A DNA stretch of 64,000 bases from an uncultured delta proteobacterium (GTDB taxonomy: Bacteria; Desulfobacterota; Binatia; UBA9968): assembly GCA_963771465.1 (NCBI GenBank), contig CAVYTU010000014.1:1056001-1120000 (forward strand). The letters are read 5' to 3'. Below, one piece after another: positions 37,454 to 49,277 of the stretch. The notes below the pieces were generated by a model. That model saw only the letters and a list, made by a program, of their open reading frames with translations, ran no database searches and was not told the DNA's origin. The first letter of the stretch is position 1. The number at the start of each line of letters is the position of its first letter. Both the position numbers and the translations under genes were made by a program.

Positions 37454-38173
37454 TCAATGCTCGAGCAGAGTGCCCATCCAACTCACGGCTAAGCCGAGCG
37501 TTAAACAAAGCAAGGTCATGGGATTGCGCTGCTCGAGGCGGTGCACTTGCGGCAGAATATCGGCGGTGGCGATAGCTAAGAACGTACCGGCCGAAACGCC
37601 GATGGCAACCGCGACGTTCGCCGGCGACAACGAGCGAAAGAATAAATAAGCGATCAAAGCGCCGATTGGAGTCGTCAGCGAGAACAATAAATTAAGCCAG
37701 CTGATTTTGCGCCGATCCCAACCGGCGGAAAGCAAGATTGAAGAAATCGACATGCTATCGGGCATCTTGTGAATGATCACCGCGAGCAGGACGACGGGGC
37801 CGAGCTGTGGCAAGAGCAAGCCAGCGCCGAGGGCAATTCCATCGAGTAGACTATGGAGCGAGATCCCGAGAAATGCGGGAATCCCCATCTGATGGATGTC
37901 GCAGGCATGCTCTTCGCAAGCGTGGACAAAGACGAAGCGCTCCATGACGAAGATGAGCAGAAACCCGGCCAAGATTGGCCAGCCCATCGCTTCGTTCAAT
38001 ACTTTGCCGGTCTCGGGCAGCATGTGAAAAAATACCGCGCCGAGTAACACTCCCGCGCTGAAGCTCAGCAAAAGCGCTAACGCCCGTTGCGACATCTCCC
38101 GGAGTAGCGGCAGAAAGCCGCCGACAAGGGAGATGAACATGACGGTCGGTAAATATATTCCTAACGTGGTCAT
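37454..38173 (-). CDS. ZIP-family metal transporter
   Basis: FSAGVLLG...HMLPE, His/Cys loop HACEEHACDIH, HSLLDG, HKMPD. Confidence 0.92.
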   Translation of the reverse strand: MTTLGIYLPTVMFISLVGGFLPLLREMSQRALALLLSFSAGVLLGAVFFHMLPETGKVLNEAMGWPILAGFLLIFVMERFVFVHACEEHACDIHQMGIPAFLGISLHSLLDGIALGAGLLLPQLGPVVLLAVIIHKMPDSMSISSILLSAGWDRRKISWLNLLFSLTTPIGALIAYLFFRSLSPANVAVAIGVSAGTFLAIATADILPQVHRLEQRNPMTLLCLTLGLAVSWMGTLLEH

Positions 38174-38307
38174 GAGATTTCACCAACGGTGGACGCTAGC
38201 ATACGCCCCTAGGGGTAGCAAATTGTGTGGCCGATGGATGCGATTGTCCGACGTTTAACTGCATGTTAGTTAATTCAATAAGAATTCAAGCGACGGGAGA
38301 TTATCTA

Positions 38308-38847
38308 ATGATCGGAAAACTATCGGCTGGGATTGCCGGTTTGTGCCTATTGGTTGGCTGTTCGATGGCCGCGCCGGGAACGCGGGCGAGCGCCGCACTG
38401 AAAGAAGATGAAGATAAGGATGGCAAGACCATTGGCACGGCAACGTTAAGGGAACAATCGGGTGGCGTGCTGGTGCTCGTGCGCGTGGAGCCCAAAGGAC
38501 TAACGCCGGGTTTACACGCCGTGCATATTCACGCGGTCGGCAAATGCGACGCGCCGGCGTTCACTAGCGCGGCGGGTCACTTCAATCCGTCGGGGAAAAA
38601 ACATGGATCTAAGAGTGCTGAAGGCGCTCACGCCGGCGATATGCCGAATATGCTGGTGACCAAAGACGGTTCAGGCCGCTTTGAAGTTTTGGCCGACGGT
38701 ATCACGCTCCGCGCCGGACCGCTGTCGGTGTTCGACACCGACGGTAGCGCGCTGGTCATTCATGTAGGGGTGGACGATTATTTAACCGACCCTACCGGCA
38801 ATGCCGGCGATCGCGCCGCCTGTGGTTTGATCGTCGCGAGCAATTAG
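38308..38847 (+). CDS. sodC: Cu/Zn superoxide dismutase, lipoprotein
   Basis: Lipobox LVGC, HAVHIH, GHFNP, HAGDMPN, ALVIH, GNAGDRAACG. Confidence 0.92.
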   Translation: MIGKLSAGIAGLCLLVGCSMAAPGTRASAALKEDEDKDGKTIGTATLREQSGGVLVLVRVEPKGLTPGLHAVHIHAVGKCDAPAFTSAAGHFNPSGKKHGSKSAEGAHAGDMPNMLVTKDGSGRFEVLADGITLRAGPLSVFDTDGSALVIHVGVDDYLTDPTGNAGDRAACGLIVASN

Positions 38848-39602
38848 ATTCTCGATTCAAGGTAGTGCAGCCGAGCTCGACCGTGAGCTAGGCTAGCTTC
38901 GGCCTGCCGAATCCGTTCGACGGTTCCAAGATCCTGCCAGAAACCGTCGAAGCAAAATCCATAGAGCGCTTCGCCGGCGAGCAGCATTTGCGGATAGGTC
39001 TTCTGGGTCGTGCTGAATTTTTCACCGGCGCCTTGGGCGGCCATGTAAGCGAAGATCTTCGGCTCGATAATCTGCACGCCGGTGAACATGAGTTTGCGCA
39101 GCGGTCCGGCTGGCTGGGCGGCAATCTTGCTATTGAGGAAGCGATGGATTCTGCCGTCGTCATCGATGTCCATGGAGCCGTATTGATCGGCCATTTCATC
39201 CGGCCGAAGCACCAACGTTACGGCGGCCTTCTTTCGCTCATGGAAGGCAATCAGCTCGGCGAGATTGAGATCGATGAGCGCATCGGTATTAATGACGATG
39301 AAGCCGCCGTCGTGGAGAAACGATTTGGCTTTCAGCAAGCCGCCGCCGGTGTCCAGCAACTCTACTTCTTTGGAATAACTGATTCTGACACCGAGCTGCG
39401 CGCCGTCGCCGAGATGGCTCTCGATCTGGTCACCGAATTGATGCAGGTTGATGACGATGTCGCGAATGTCGTAATGGCGCAGCAATAGGAGCGCATATTC
39501 GATCATCGGCCGGCCGGCCACCGGCACCAGCGCTTTTGGTTTGTCGTCGGTGATTGGCCTCAAGCGCGTCCCTTGGCCCGCGGCCAGAATCATCGCTTTC
39601 AC
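38844..39602 (-). CDS. murU: Nucleotidyltransferase, MurU-like (MurNAc-alpha-1-phosphate uridylyltransferase)
   Basis: KAMILAAGQGTRLRPIT...PKAL, LDTGGGL, WQDLGT; coupled to the amgK-like gene. Confidence 0.75.
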   Translation of the reverse strand: MKAMILAAGQGTRLRPITDDKPKALVPVAGRPMIEYALLLLRHYDIRDIVINLHQFGDQIESHLGDGAQLGVRISYSKEVELLDTGGGLLKAKSFLHDGGFIVINTDALIDLNLAELIAFHERKKAAVTLVLRPDEMADQYGSMDIDDDGRIHRFLNSKIAAQPAGPLRKLMFTGVQIIEPKIFAYMAAQGAGEKFSTTQKTYPQMLLAGEALYGFCFDGFWQDLGTVERIRQAEASLAHGRARLHYLESRI

Positions 39603-40675
39603 AGCATCGCCTCGAAGTGCTCGAGCAGTAAGGGTCGGATTGATTGGGTTTGCGCGGTCTCTGCCAAGTTACGCTGCAAACGCCGCACGGTGGGCGGCAC
39701 GAACTTCATATAGCCCGGCTTCCCTTTGACGATATCGAGATAGTAAAAACGGCCGACAACTTTTAAGTCCCGTTGAATCGCCGAGAGCCGATAGATGTCG
39801 CTAAACTGGTCAAAATCCGCATGCTGTTTTTCCAGCTCGCACTTACGCTCGAAGAAGTAACGCACGAGTCGGGCCTCGATATCAGGCTGAATCACGCTGT
39901 CGGTGATGCGATCGTTCAATAACGAAGCAAGGTCGTATTGCGCCGGCGCCAACAGCGCGTCTTGGAAATCGATGACGCGCACGGTGTTCTCGTGGATCAT
40001 GAGATTCCAGCTATGATAGTCGCGATGGTTCAAATAGACGGGTTGGCGCTCGAGAGTCGCCGCGATTTCGCTGAAAACTTTTCGCAGTGCGTCGGTGCTG
40101 ACCTTGGCGATTTTTCCGCCCGGACGTTTTTCCAATCCCCACTCGATGAAGTGCTCGAACTCCCACATGTAGAGTGAAGCGTCGAAGCGCTGTTGAAAGG
40201 CGATACATCGATCGTCGCGCGCCGCCGTGCCGCGGAATTGCAGGTTGAGTAACTCGTCGAGCGCTTTTCGATACCAGACGATCACTTCGCTTTCAGCTAA
40301 ACCCTGCACTCTGTCCCACAACGCGGTGTCACCCAAGTCTTCGAGAAAGAGCAAGCCATCACTTTCCCACTGGCCGAAGAGTTTGGGCACGTTGACGCCG
40401 ATGGCCTCCAGAAAGCGATGCACATTTAAGAACGGTAGTTCTTGCGGGCCGTCTTTGAAGATCGCCAGCTCTTCGCTGGAAAGCGGCAGGGCGCTGCCCG
40501 CCGGCAGTTCCATGACGATCATCGTGGGCGGCGCGCCGGCGCCGCTCAAACGGGCGCGGTAGTAACGCCGGCTCGAGGCGTCGCCGGCGAGCGGCGCCAG
40601 TGACGTGAGCGATGCGCCGGGGCCAAACGCAGCGAGAACTTTGTCGGCGATGCGCTGAGTGATCGGATCAGTCAA
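39599..40675 (-). CDS. amgK: APH-family sugar kinase, AmgK-like
   Basis: LAGDASSRRYYR, LEDLGD, HRDYHSWNLM, IDFQDA, YDLASLL, QRDLKVVG. Confidence 0.8.
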   Translation of the reverse strand: MTDPITQRIADKVLAAFGPGASLTSLAPLAGDASSRRYYRARLSGAGAPPTMIVMELPAGSALPLSSEELAIFKDGPQELPFLNVHRFLEAIGVNVPKLFGQWESDGLLFLEDLGDTALWDRVQGLAESEVIVWYRKALDELLNLQFRGTAARDDRCIAFQQRFDASLYMWEFEHFIEWGLEKRPGGKIAKVSTDALRKVFSEIAATLERQPVYLNHRDYHSWNLMIHENTVRVIDFQDALLAPAQYDLASLLNDRITDSVIQPDIEARLVRYFFERKCELEKQHADFDQFSDIYRLSAIQRDLKVVGRFYYLDIVKGKPGYMKFVPPTVRRLQRNLAETAQTQSIRPLLLEHFEAML

Positions 40676-40732
40676 TTTTTGCCTACGGTCGAGCTTGGAC
40701 GATTGCGACGGTTGAAGCGAAGATTCGCTGAG

Positions 40733-40771
40733 CGTGAAGTGCCGGCGACCGCCGGTGCGTTAGACTTCTCA
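40733..40771 (-). promoter_or_regulatory. Candidate bacterial SECIS element
   Basis: Minus strand: TGA GAAGT CTAACGCA CCGGC GGTC GCCGG C ACTTC. Upper stem CCGGC/GCCGG with a GGUC loop starting 18 nt after UGA; lower stem GAAGU/ACUUC. Confidence 0.75.
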
Positions 40772-40984
40772 CGTGCCGCCGAAACCGACCGTGATCTTGC
40801 CGGCGTCGACGATGACCGGAATCTTGCGCCGGCCGTTGGTTAACTTGACCATGCGCTCGAGGCCGTCTTCGTCTTTTAGCACGTTGATATATTCGAATGG
40901 GATCTTGCGCCGGGAGAAGTCGGCGCGGGCCGCCGAAGTGTACTGGCAAAGATCCTGTCCGAATATGAGAACTTTTTCGTCCAT
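40760..40984 (-). CDS. Glutaredoxin-like selenoprotein ending GFGGT-U-E-V-stop (UXX-star type), 74 aa
   Basis: Grx/NrdH-like features (CQYT, EYINV, RKIPVIV, GF). TGA at 40771-40769 is followed by GAA GTC TAA and a SECIS-like hairpin. Confidence 0.8.
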
Positions 40985-41121
40985 GAGTCGATTCGCCTCG
41001 CGCCGTTCAAGGTTTGCCGCAGCTAAAAAATAAGCAGCCGGGGGCTAAATTGCAAGTGAGTCTACCCCTATGTTACTTTCGTGAGAATTTATTCAACCGG
41101 TTTACCCGTGGAGAGGAATTT

Positions 41122-42039
41122 GTGACGATCCGCACTGCCATCGCTCAGATCAACCCAAAGCTTGGCGACCTCCAAGCGAACCTTGCGCTGTACGAAGCGA
41201 AAATTCGCCAGGGAATCGAACATCGCGCCGAGCTGCTGCTGTTTCCCGAGTTGAGCCTGACCGGTTACTTTCTGCGCGATACCGTACCCAACGTGGCGCT
41301 GACGCTCGATTCAGTCGAAATGACCGCGCTCAAAAGATTGAGCCGCGAACTGCCCTTCGTCGCCGGGCTGGTCGAGGAAAGCGCCGATCACCGCTTTTTT
41401 AATTCTGCGGTCTATTTCGAGGACGGCGAGATTCGCCACGTGCATCGGAAAGTTTATTTGCCGACCTATGGGATGTTCGACGAGCAGCGCTATTTCGCCA
41501 GAGGTGACCGGGTGCGTGCCTTCGATTCCAAGTTTGGCCGCTTGGTGCTGCTCATCTGCGAGGATCTCTGGCACCCATCGACGATCTATCTGGCGGCGCT
41601 CGATGGCGCGTTGGCGGTGATCTGTCCGTCGTCGAGTCCGCTCCGCGGTGTCGTCGATGACCAGGTCCAAGACGACAACGCGCGCTACTGGGAGATGATC
41701 AACCGGGCTTATGCCGAGACTTATAGTTTGTTCATGCTCTACGCCAACCGCTGTGGCTTTGAAGATGGCGTCGGCTTTTGGGGCGGGTCGGAGATCGTCG
41801 ATCCTTTTGGCCAGCGGCTGGCCAAAGCGAAATATTACGACGAGGATTTTATCGTCAGCGAAGTCGCCTTCCAAGCGGTGCGGCGCAAGCGGACGATGTC
41901 GCCATTATTGCGCGACGAAGATATGGATCTGACGATCAACGAGCTAATGCGCATTCGCGAGCGGCCGGCGGCGACCAAGGGGGTTCAAAAGTTCAAAAGT
42001 TCAAGGGCTCAAGGTTTCCGCAAACCGAAGAAGCGATAA
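41122..42039 (+). CDS. Nitrilase-family C-N hydrolase, probable glutaminase subunit of NAD synthetase
   Basis: [44 protein letters not shown] (E-K-C triad); directly upstream of nadE. Confidence 0.88.
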   Translation: MTIRTAIAQINPKLGDLQANLALYEAKIRQGIEHRAELLLFPELSLTGYFLRDTVPNVALTLDSVEMTALKRLSRELPFVAGLVEESADHRFFNSAVYFEDGEIRHVHRKVYLPTYGMFDEQRYFARGDRVRAFDSKFGRLVLLICEDLWHPSTIYLAALDGALAVICPSSSPLRGVVDDQVQDDNARYWEMINRAYAETYSLFMLYANRCGFEDGVGFWGGSEIVDPFGQRLAKAKYYDEDFIVSEVAFQAVRRKRTMSPLLRDEDMDLTINELMRIRERPAATKGVQKFKSSRAQGFRKPKKR

Positions 42040-42089
42040 CGATCGCGCATCGAACGAATTGCCGCGAGCGACTCAGCTTGCACTCTCCC

Positions 42090-42911
42090 ATGATCCAAAT
42101 TCCCACCAACACTACTTTGTTGCGCGAGATTCTTACCGCGTTCATTCGTAACGAGGTGCACAAGACCGGCCTTAAGCGCGTGGTCATCGGTTTGTCCGGC
42201 GGCGTCGATTCGGCGCTGAGCGCAATGCTCGCCGCAGAGGCCCTCGGGCCGAAAAACGTCTTGGGTATTTTAATGCCGTACAAAAGCTCCAATCCAGACA
42301 GCCAGGAGCATGCTGAGCTGGTCGCGCAACAAAGCGGCATTGAAACTCTGCTGGTGGAAATCACGCCGCAGATTGACGCCTATTTTGCCAAGTTTGCGGA
42401 CGCGGATGCGCGCCGGCGCGGCAATAAGATGGCGCGCGAGCGAATGACGATTCTCTACGATCACTCGGCGCGCTGGAACGCGTTGGTGTTGGGTACAAGC
42501 AATAAGACCGAGCTGCTGCTGGGCTACGGTACGCTCTACGGCGACATGGCTTCAGCGATCAATCCAATGGGTGATCTCTATAAAACTCAGGTGTGGGCGC
42601 TGGCCGAAGCGGTCGGCGTGCCGCCCGCTATCGTGCAAAAAGACCCGTCCGCCGATCTTTGGGTCGGCCAGACCGATGAAGGCGAGTTGGGGTTTACCTA
42701 TCGTGAAGTCGACAAATTGCTCTTCTTAATGGTCGATCAGCGCTACACCCGGGCGGAGCTGATCGCCGCTGGCTTTCCCGAACGCTTTGTCGACGAAGTC
42801 GCGCTCGGCATTATGAATTCGCAATTCAAACGGCGTCTGCCGGTCATCGCCAAGGTGTCGCAGCGCACGATTGACCGTGATTTTCGCTATTCCAGAGACT
42901 GGGGCAAATGA
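42090..42911 (+). CDS. nadE: NAD+ synthetase (single-domain)
   Basis: [44 protein letters not shown]. Confidence 0.95.
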   Translation: MIQIPTNTTLLREILTAFIRNEVHKTGLKRVVIGLSGGVDSALSAMLAAEALGPKNVLGILMPYKSSNPDSQEHAELVAQQSGIETLLVEITPQIDAYFAKFADADARRRGNKMARERMTILYDHSARWNALVLGTSNKTELLLGYGTLYGDMASAINPMGDLYKTQVWALAEAVGVPPAIVQKDPSADLWVGQTDEGELGFTYREVDKLLFLMVDQRYTRAELIAAGFPERFVDEVALGIMNSQFKRRLPVIAKVSQRTIDRDFRYSRDWGK

Positions 42912-43056
42912 CGGTCGACGATCGAGAATCGATGATTGAGGATGGAAAAATCCAATTCTCATTCTGCGATCTCGGTCGCCGCTACAAAAAATTCTGTCAA
43001 GTAAACCGCGTTAACTCGGTCGCAGTTCTCGATCCTCCATCCTCAATCCTCGACCG
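42912..43056. repeat. 7-nt periodic inverted repeat (GAGGATN / NATCCTC)
   Basis: Left arm CGGTCGACGATCGAGAATCGATGATTGAGGATGG; right arm TTCTCGATCCTCCATCCTCAATCCTCGACCG. Confidence 0.8.
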
Positions 43057-43071
43057 GTCTGGGATTCTCTA

Positions 43072-43914
43072 ATGGCGGGGCGGCTCTACATCGTCCCCAC
43101 TCCCATCGGTAACCTTGAAGATATCACTCTGCGCGCGCTGCGGATTCTCAAAGAAGTCGATTTGATCGCGGCGGAGGACACGCGTCACACGCAGCATCTA
43201 TTAACTCACTTCGGTATCGATAAACCGCTGACCAGTTATCACGACCATAACGAACGAGAAAAAGCGCTGGCGCTGGTGCAGCAGATCAAGAACGGCGCAA
43301 GCGTCGCGCTGGTTTCCGATGCCGGCACGCCGGCGATCGCCGATCCGGGATTTCGCCTGGTGAGTGCGGCGATTCGCGCTGGCATTCAAATCGTGCCGCT
43401 GCCGGGCGCGTCGGCGCTGGCGACTGCCCTAAGCGCCAGCGGTTTGCCCACCGATCGGTTTTTGTTCGAAGGTTTTTTGCCGGCGAAGAAGCAAGAGCGA
43501 AAGAGCAAGCTGCAAGAGCTGCGTGATTGCACCGCGACTTTGGTTTTTTACGAGGCGCCGCATCGGTTGAATGACACGCTGGGTGACATGCAGCAGATTC
43601 TCGGCGAGCGTGCCATCGTCATCGCGCGCGAAGTGAGCAAAGTTCACGAGGAGTTTCTGCGCGGTACAGTGAGCGAGGTGATTCACCAGCTCACCGGTCG
43701 GGAAGTAAAAGGCGAGATGACTATCGTCGTGCACGGCTCGACGGGTGAAGCGCGAGTCACTGAAGAGCAGTTACGATCCGATATCCAGCGATTGATCGGT
43801 GAGGGAGTCGGCGTCAAGGAAATATCCGAATTGTTCGGAGAACGCTATGGTTTATCCAAACGCGAGGTTTACCGTTTGACGCTCGCGATCAAGAGTCAAA
43901 AGGGCGCGAAATGA
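43072..43914 (+). CDS. rsmI: 16S rRNA (cytidine1402-2'-O)-methyltransferase
   Basis: LYIVPTPIGNLEDIT, AEDTR, LVSDAGTPAIADPG, FYEAPHR, AREVSKVHEE. Confidence 0.96.
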   Translation: MAGRLYIVPTPIGNLEDITLRALRILKEVDLIAAEDTRHTQHLLTHFGIDKPLTSYHDHNEREKALALVQQIKNGASVALVSDAGTPAIADPGFRLVSAAIRAGIQIVPLPGASALATALSASGLPTDRFLFEGFLPAKKQERKSKLQELRDCTATLVFYEAPHRLNDTLGDMQQILGERAIVIAREVSKVHEEFLRGTVSEVIHQLTGREVKGEMTIVVHGSTGEARVTEEQLRSDIQRLIGEGVGVKEISELFGERYGLSKREVYRLTLAIKSQKGAK

Positions 43915-44090
43915 CGGGCGCGCTTTACCCTAATTCCGTAGCCCGCGCGCATGGGGCGCAATCCATGGATTCATCGCGCGCTATGCGGCGGCTTGCCGAC
44001 ACCTTTGAAACATAACCGTTGGGTGCCTCCGCGACTCCAGGCTCACAGCGCGTTCGATCGAGGTTCTACCTGCAACTGCGAAATTCGCGC

Positions 44091-44381
44091 TTAGCGGCGA
44101 ATGCTAAAGCCGTAAAAATTATTTTCCGGTTTTTCCCAACCAACTTCGACACTGGCGACGCGGGCGCCGGTGGGGCCTTGGCGGCACCAGGCGATTAGCT
44201 CATCAAGTTTTTGCCGCGCGCCCTCGGCGACCGCTTCCACCGAGCCATCGGGACAGTTCATCACCCATCCCGTTAGCCCCAATTTCTGCGCCTCCTGGAG
44301 CGTCGATGCACGATAGTAAACTCCCTGGACGCGCCCGTGGATTTTCAGATGCACGCGAGTCATTTCACCGGCGACAACCAT
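44091..44381 (-). CDS. acyP: Acylphosphatase
   Basis: GRVQGVYYR, GWVMNCPDGSVE, GPTGARV. Confidence 0.93.
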   Translation of the reverse strand: MVVAGEMTRVHLKIHGRVQGVYYRASTLQEAQKLGLTGWVMNCPDGSVEAVAEGARQKLDELIAWCRQGPTGARVASVEVGWEKPENNFYGFSIRR

Positions 44382-44461
44382 GATCGTCTACGGATTGCTC
44401 TAGCCCAGAGCCAACCGCGCTACAAGTCCTGATACCGCGAGAGACCACAGCGCAAATAGAT

Positions 44462-44491
44462 TTGACAAGCGACCGGCGACTTTTGTAGGCT
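44462..44491 (+). promoter_or_regulatory. Putative sigma70 promoter for the RRM gene
   Basis: TTGACA, 18 nt spacer, TAGGCT; leaves a leader of about 130 nt. Confidence 0.5.
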
Positions 44492-44628
44492 GGCGCCGTT
44501 TTGCAAGGGTCCGGTTACCGAAGAGCGCGCCAACAGGTTCCCGTGCGTGAGACTGGTTTGAGGCCTTGCCCTTTGGCTACGTCGATCCCCGAGATTGAGC
44601 ATTCGTCGATTCAACAAGGAGGGTCAGT

Positions 44629-44946
44629 ATGGGAGCAAAGTTATATGTTGGAAATCTTCCCTACAACGTCACGGAAGATCGACTGCAGCAACATTTTGCA
44701 CAACATGGCTCGGTGCTGAGCGCGCGCATCATCACCGACAAATTCAGCGGCCGTTCCAAGGGTTTCGGCTTTGTCGAGATGAGTTCGGATCAAGACGCCG
44801 AGAAGGCGATCAACGCGCTCAACGGCACCGACTTCGAAGGCCGCAACATCGTGGTCAGCGAAGCGCGCCCGCAAGCGCCGCGCGAACCGCGTTCCGGTGG
44901 TGGCGGGTTCGGCGGCGACCGGCCACCGCGGCGCGACCGCTATTAA
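44629..44946 (+). CDS. RRM-domain RNA-binding protein with Gly/Arg tail
   Basis: KLYVGNL (RNP2), SKGFGFVEM (RNP1), AAGGAGG RBS. Confidence 0.95.
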   Translation: MGAKLYVGNLPYNVTEDRLQQHFAQHGSVLSARIITDKFSGRSKGFGFVEMSSDQDAEKAINALNGTDFEGRNIVVSEARPQAPREPRSGGGGFGGDRPPRRDRY

Positions 44947-45150
44947 CCAGCGCGCCAACGGTAAGCACCCGCACGCCAAGCTCCTGAGTTTTCTTGAGCT
45001 TGCTGCCGCGGTCGCTGCCGGCAACCTCGTAGGTGGTGTTGCCACCGTACAAAGGTCGCGCCGGTGAGCGCGCGCAACAACTTGGCGACCACTTCACGAT
45101 TTTCACCCTGGGCAAGAAGTGCGCGCGCACGATTTTAGCTGCGCCGTTGG
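44947..45150 (-). pseudogene. ligA: Decayed, internally deleted 3' end of a second ligA (HhH + BRCT)
   Basis: ENREVVAKLLRALTGATFV (45104-45048) and NTTYEVAGSDRGSKLKKTQELGVRVLT (45040-44960) in different frames. Confidence 0.75.
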
Positions 45151-45203
45151 GATCGAAACTAACGGTCGAGGTCACATATATTAGATGGCAATCGTGGATT
45201 CTC

Positions 45204-47393
<2,190 letters not shown>

Positions 47394-47531
47394 TCATCGA
47401 TCCCTGAATCGCCGGGATGACAAGGCAAGCTGAGTAATGCCGCGCCATAAAAATTAGCATAGTTGCGCGATCGAATGAAGATCGACGATCGCTACATTGA
47501 CCGTCTCAGACCAGCGTGTTAAACCATCGAA

Positions 47532-49277
47532 ATGGGTACTCGCATTTTTCGGACGGCCGTTTTACTGGGCTTTTTGTCCGGCTGCACCACGACGGTACCT
47601 GAAGTCCAGATGCCGCCGGACGGCATTTCGTGGACGCCAGAGGGGCCATTCCGTAACCAACCGAAAGCCGACATTCCTGCCGAGGCTTTAGCCTACAATC
47701 ACTTTCTCAGGGGCCACGCGTCGCTCGGCGAGGGCGACTTTGAGACGGCGCTCAAAGAATACGAAGCGGCAACCCAGGCAAAACCCGATGAAGCGTTCTT
47801 GCGTTTCCGATTGGCAACGATGTATTTGCGCAAGGGCGATCTTAAGAAAGCGCTCGTCGAAGCCGAAGCGGCGGCCAAGTTCGATCCGAAAAGCGTCGAT
47901 CATCATTTGTTGCTGGCGGGACTCTATTCCTCTGTGGGCGACAGTCAAAGGGGCCTGGCTGAGTACAATGAAGTTCTCAAGCTCGATGCCACGAATCAAG
48001 AAGCGCTGCTCTATCTTGGCGCCCTGTACTTACAGTTGGACGACTACGCGCAGTCGACGCAGCGATTAGATGAGCTGCTCAAGCTCGATCCCAACTCAGC
48101 CCTCGGTCACTATTATCTCGGCCGCGTGCGCGCCAAGAGCAAACTCTATTTGGCCGCCGAACAGAGTTATCGCAAGGCGTTAGAGATCAATCCTAAATCC
48201 GAAGCGGTCTTGATGGATCTGGCTTTGGTTTATGAGCTTGACGGCAAGACCGAAGACGCGATTCAGACCTACCAGCGTTTGCTGCAAGTCAACGCGCAGA
48301 ATGTTTGGGCGCGGCGCCGCTTGGGCGAGCTTTATGTCGGACAGAACAAACTCGATGACGCGCTACGCCAGTTCGAAACCCTTGAAGGCGCGGAAACCGA
48401 TCCACGCGAAACTCGGATCAAGATCGGTCTGATTTCCTTTGAGAAGGGCGACTTCGAACGAGCTGCCACGGAATTCAACCTGGTTCTTGCCGGCGACCCC
48501 GAGAACGATCGGGCGCGCTATTATCTCGGCGCCACCTACGTCGAGCTCAAGTCCGATGACAAGGCGCTGGAGGCGTTCGAGCGTGTGCCGGAGAAAAGCG
48601 AGCTTTACGTCGACGCCCGCGTCCAGGCGGCTTACCTCTACGATCGCAAGGAACAGACTCGAAAAGCGATCGAGGTTTTGCAGCCGGCGCTTAAGACGCG
48701 CAACGACCGCAAAGAGCTGCACGCGTTCCTGAGCTCACTTTACCGCAAGTCCAAGGATTATCCGCGGGCGATTCAAGCGATGGAGCGGGTGGTCGTGCTC
48801 GATCCCAAGAGCGACGAGGCGCATTTTCAGTTGGGCGCGCTTTACGATGAGAACAAGAACAAAGACAAATCCATCGCGGCGATGAAGCGGGCCATCGAGA
48901 TCAATCCCAAGAACGCCCCGGCGCTCAACTACCTGGGTTACACTTGGGCCGAAATGGGCGTCCAATTGGACGAAGCCGAGGATTTGATTCAACGGGCGCT
49001 GAAGATTACGCCCAATGACGGCTTTTATATTGATAGCCTGGGCTGGGTCTATTATCAGCGCGGCGATTTCGCGCGCGCCGTGGAGCACTTGGAGAAAGCC
49101 GTCGAACTCACGGTGGACGATCCGACGATCATCGAACATCTGGCCGACGCCTATGAAAAGATCGGTAGACAGGAACGCGCCGTGACGCGCTACCGGGATG
49201 CACTCAAACACACCAAAGAAGCGGAACAAACCAAGCGCATCCGCGAGAAAATCCAGCGACTGGAGAGAAAGATTTGA
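47532..49277 (+). CDS. Long TPR-array lipoprotein
   Basis: Lipobox LSGC; many TPRs; ALNYLGYTWAE and IDSLGWVYYQ. Confidence 0.9.
   Translation: MGTRIFRTAVLLGFLSGCTTTVPEVQMPPDGISWTPEGPFRNQPKADIPAEALAYNHFLRGHASLGEGDFETALKEYEAATQAKPDEAFLRFRLATMYLRKGDLKKALVEAEAAAKFDPKSVDHHLLLAGLYSSVGDSQRGLAEYNEVLKLDATNQEALLYLGALYLQLDDYAQSTQRLDELLKLDPNSALGHYYLGRVRAKSKLYLAAEQSYRKALEINPKSEAVLMDLALVYELDGKTEDAIQTYQRLLQVNAQNVWARRRLGELYVGQNKLDDALRQFETLEGAETDPRETRIKIGLISFEKGDFERAATEFNLVLAGDPENDRARYYLGATYVELKSDDKALEAFERVPEKSELYVDARVQAAYLYDRKEQTRKAIEVLQPALKTRNDRKELHAFLSSLYRKSKDYPRAIQAMERVVVLDPKSDEAHFQLGALYDENKNKDKSIAAMKRAIEINPKNAPALNYLGYTWAEMGVQLDEAEDLIQRALKITPNDGFYIDSLGWVYYQRGDFARAVEHLEKAVELTVDDPTIIEHLADAYEKIGRQERAVTRYRDALKHTKEAEQTKRIREKIQRLERKI

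Noticed and set aside
41122-42911. Fused glutamine-dependent nadE broken by a frameshift (long ORF from 41778)
   Set aside because: Both genes look complete with their own termini, and the upstream extension of the nadE frame is not protein-like.
43915-44090. RNase P RNA or another ncRNA downstream of rsmI
   Set aside because: Too short for rnpB, lacks GAGGAAAGTCC, and no recognisable family motif was seen. An Rfam search is needed to exclude others.
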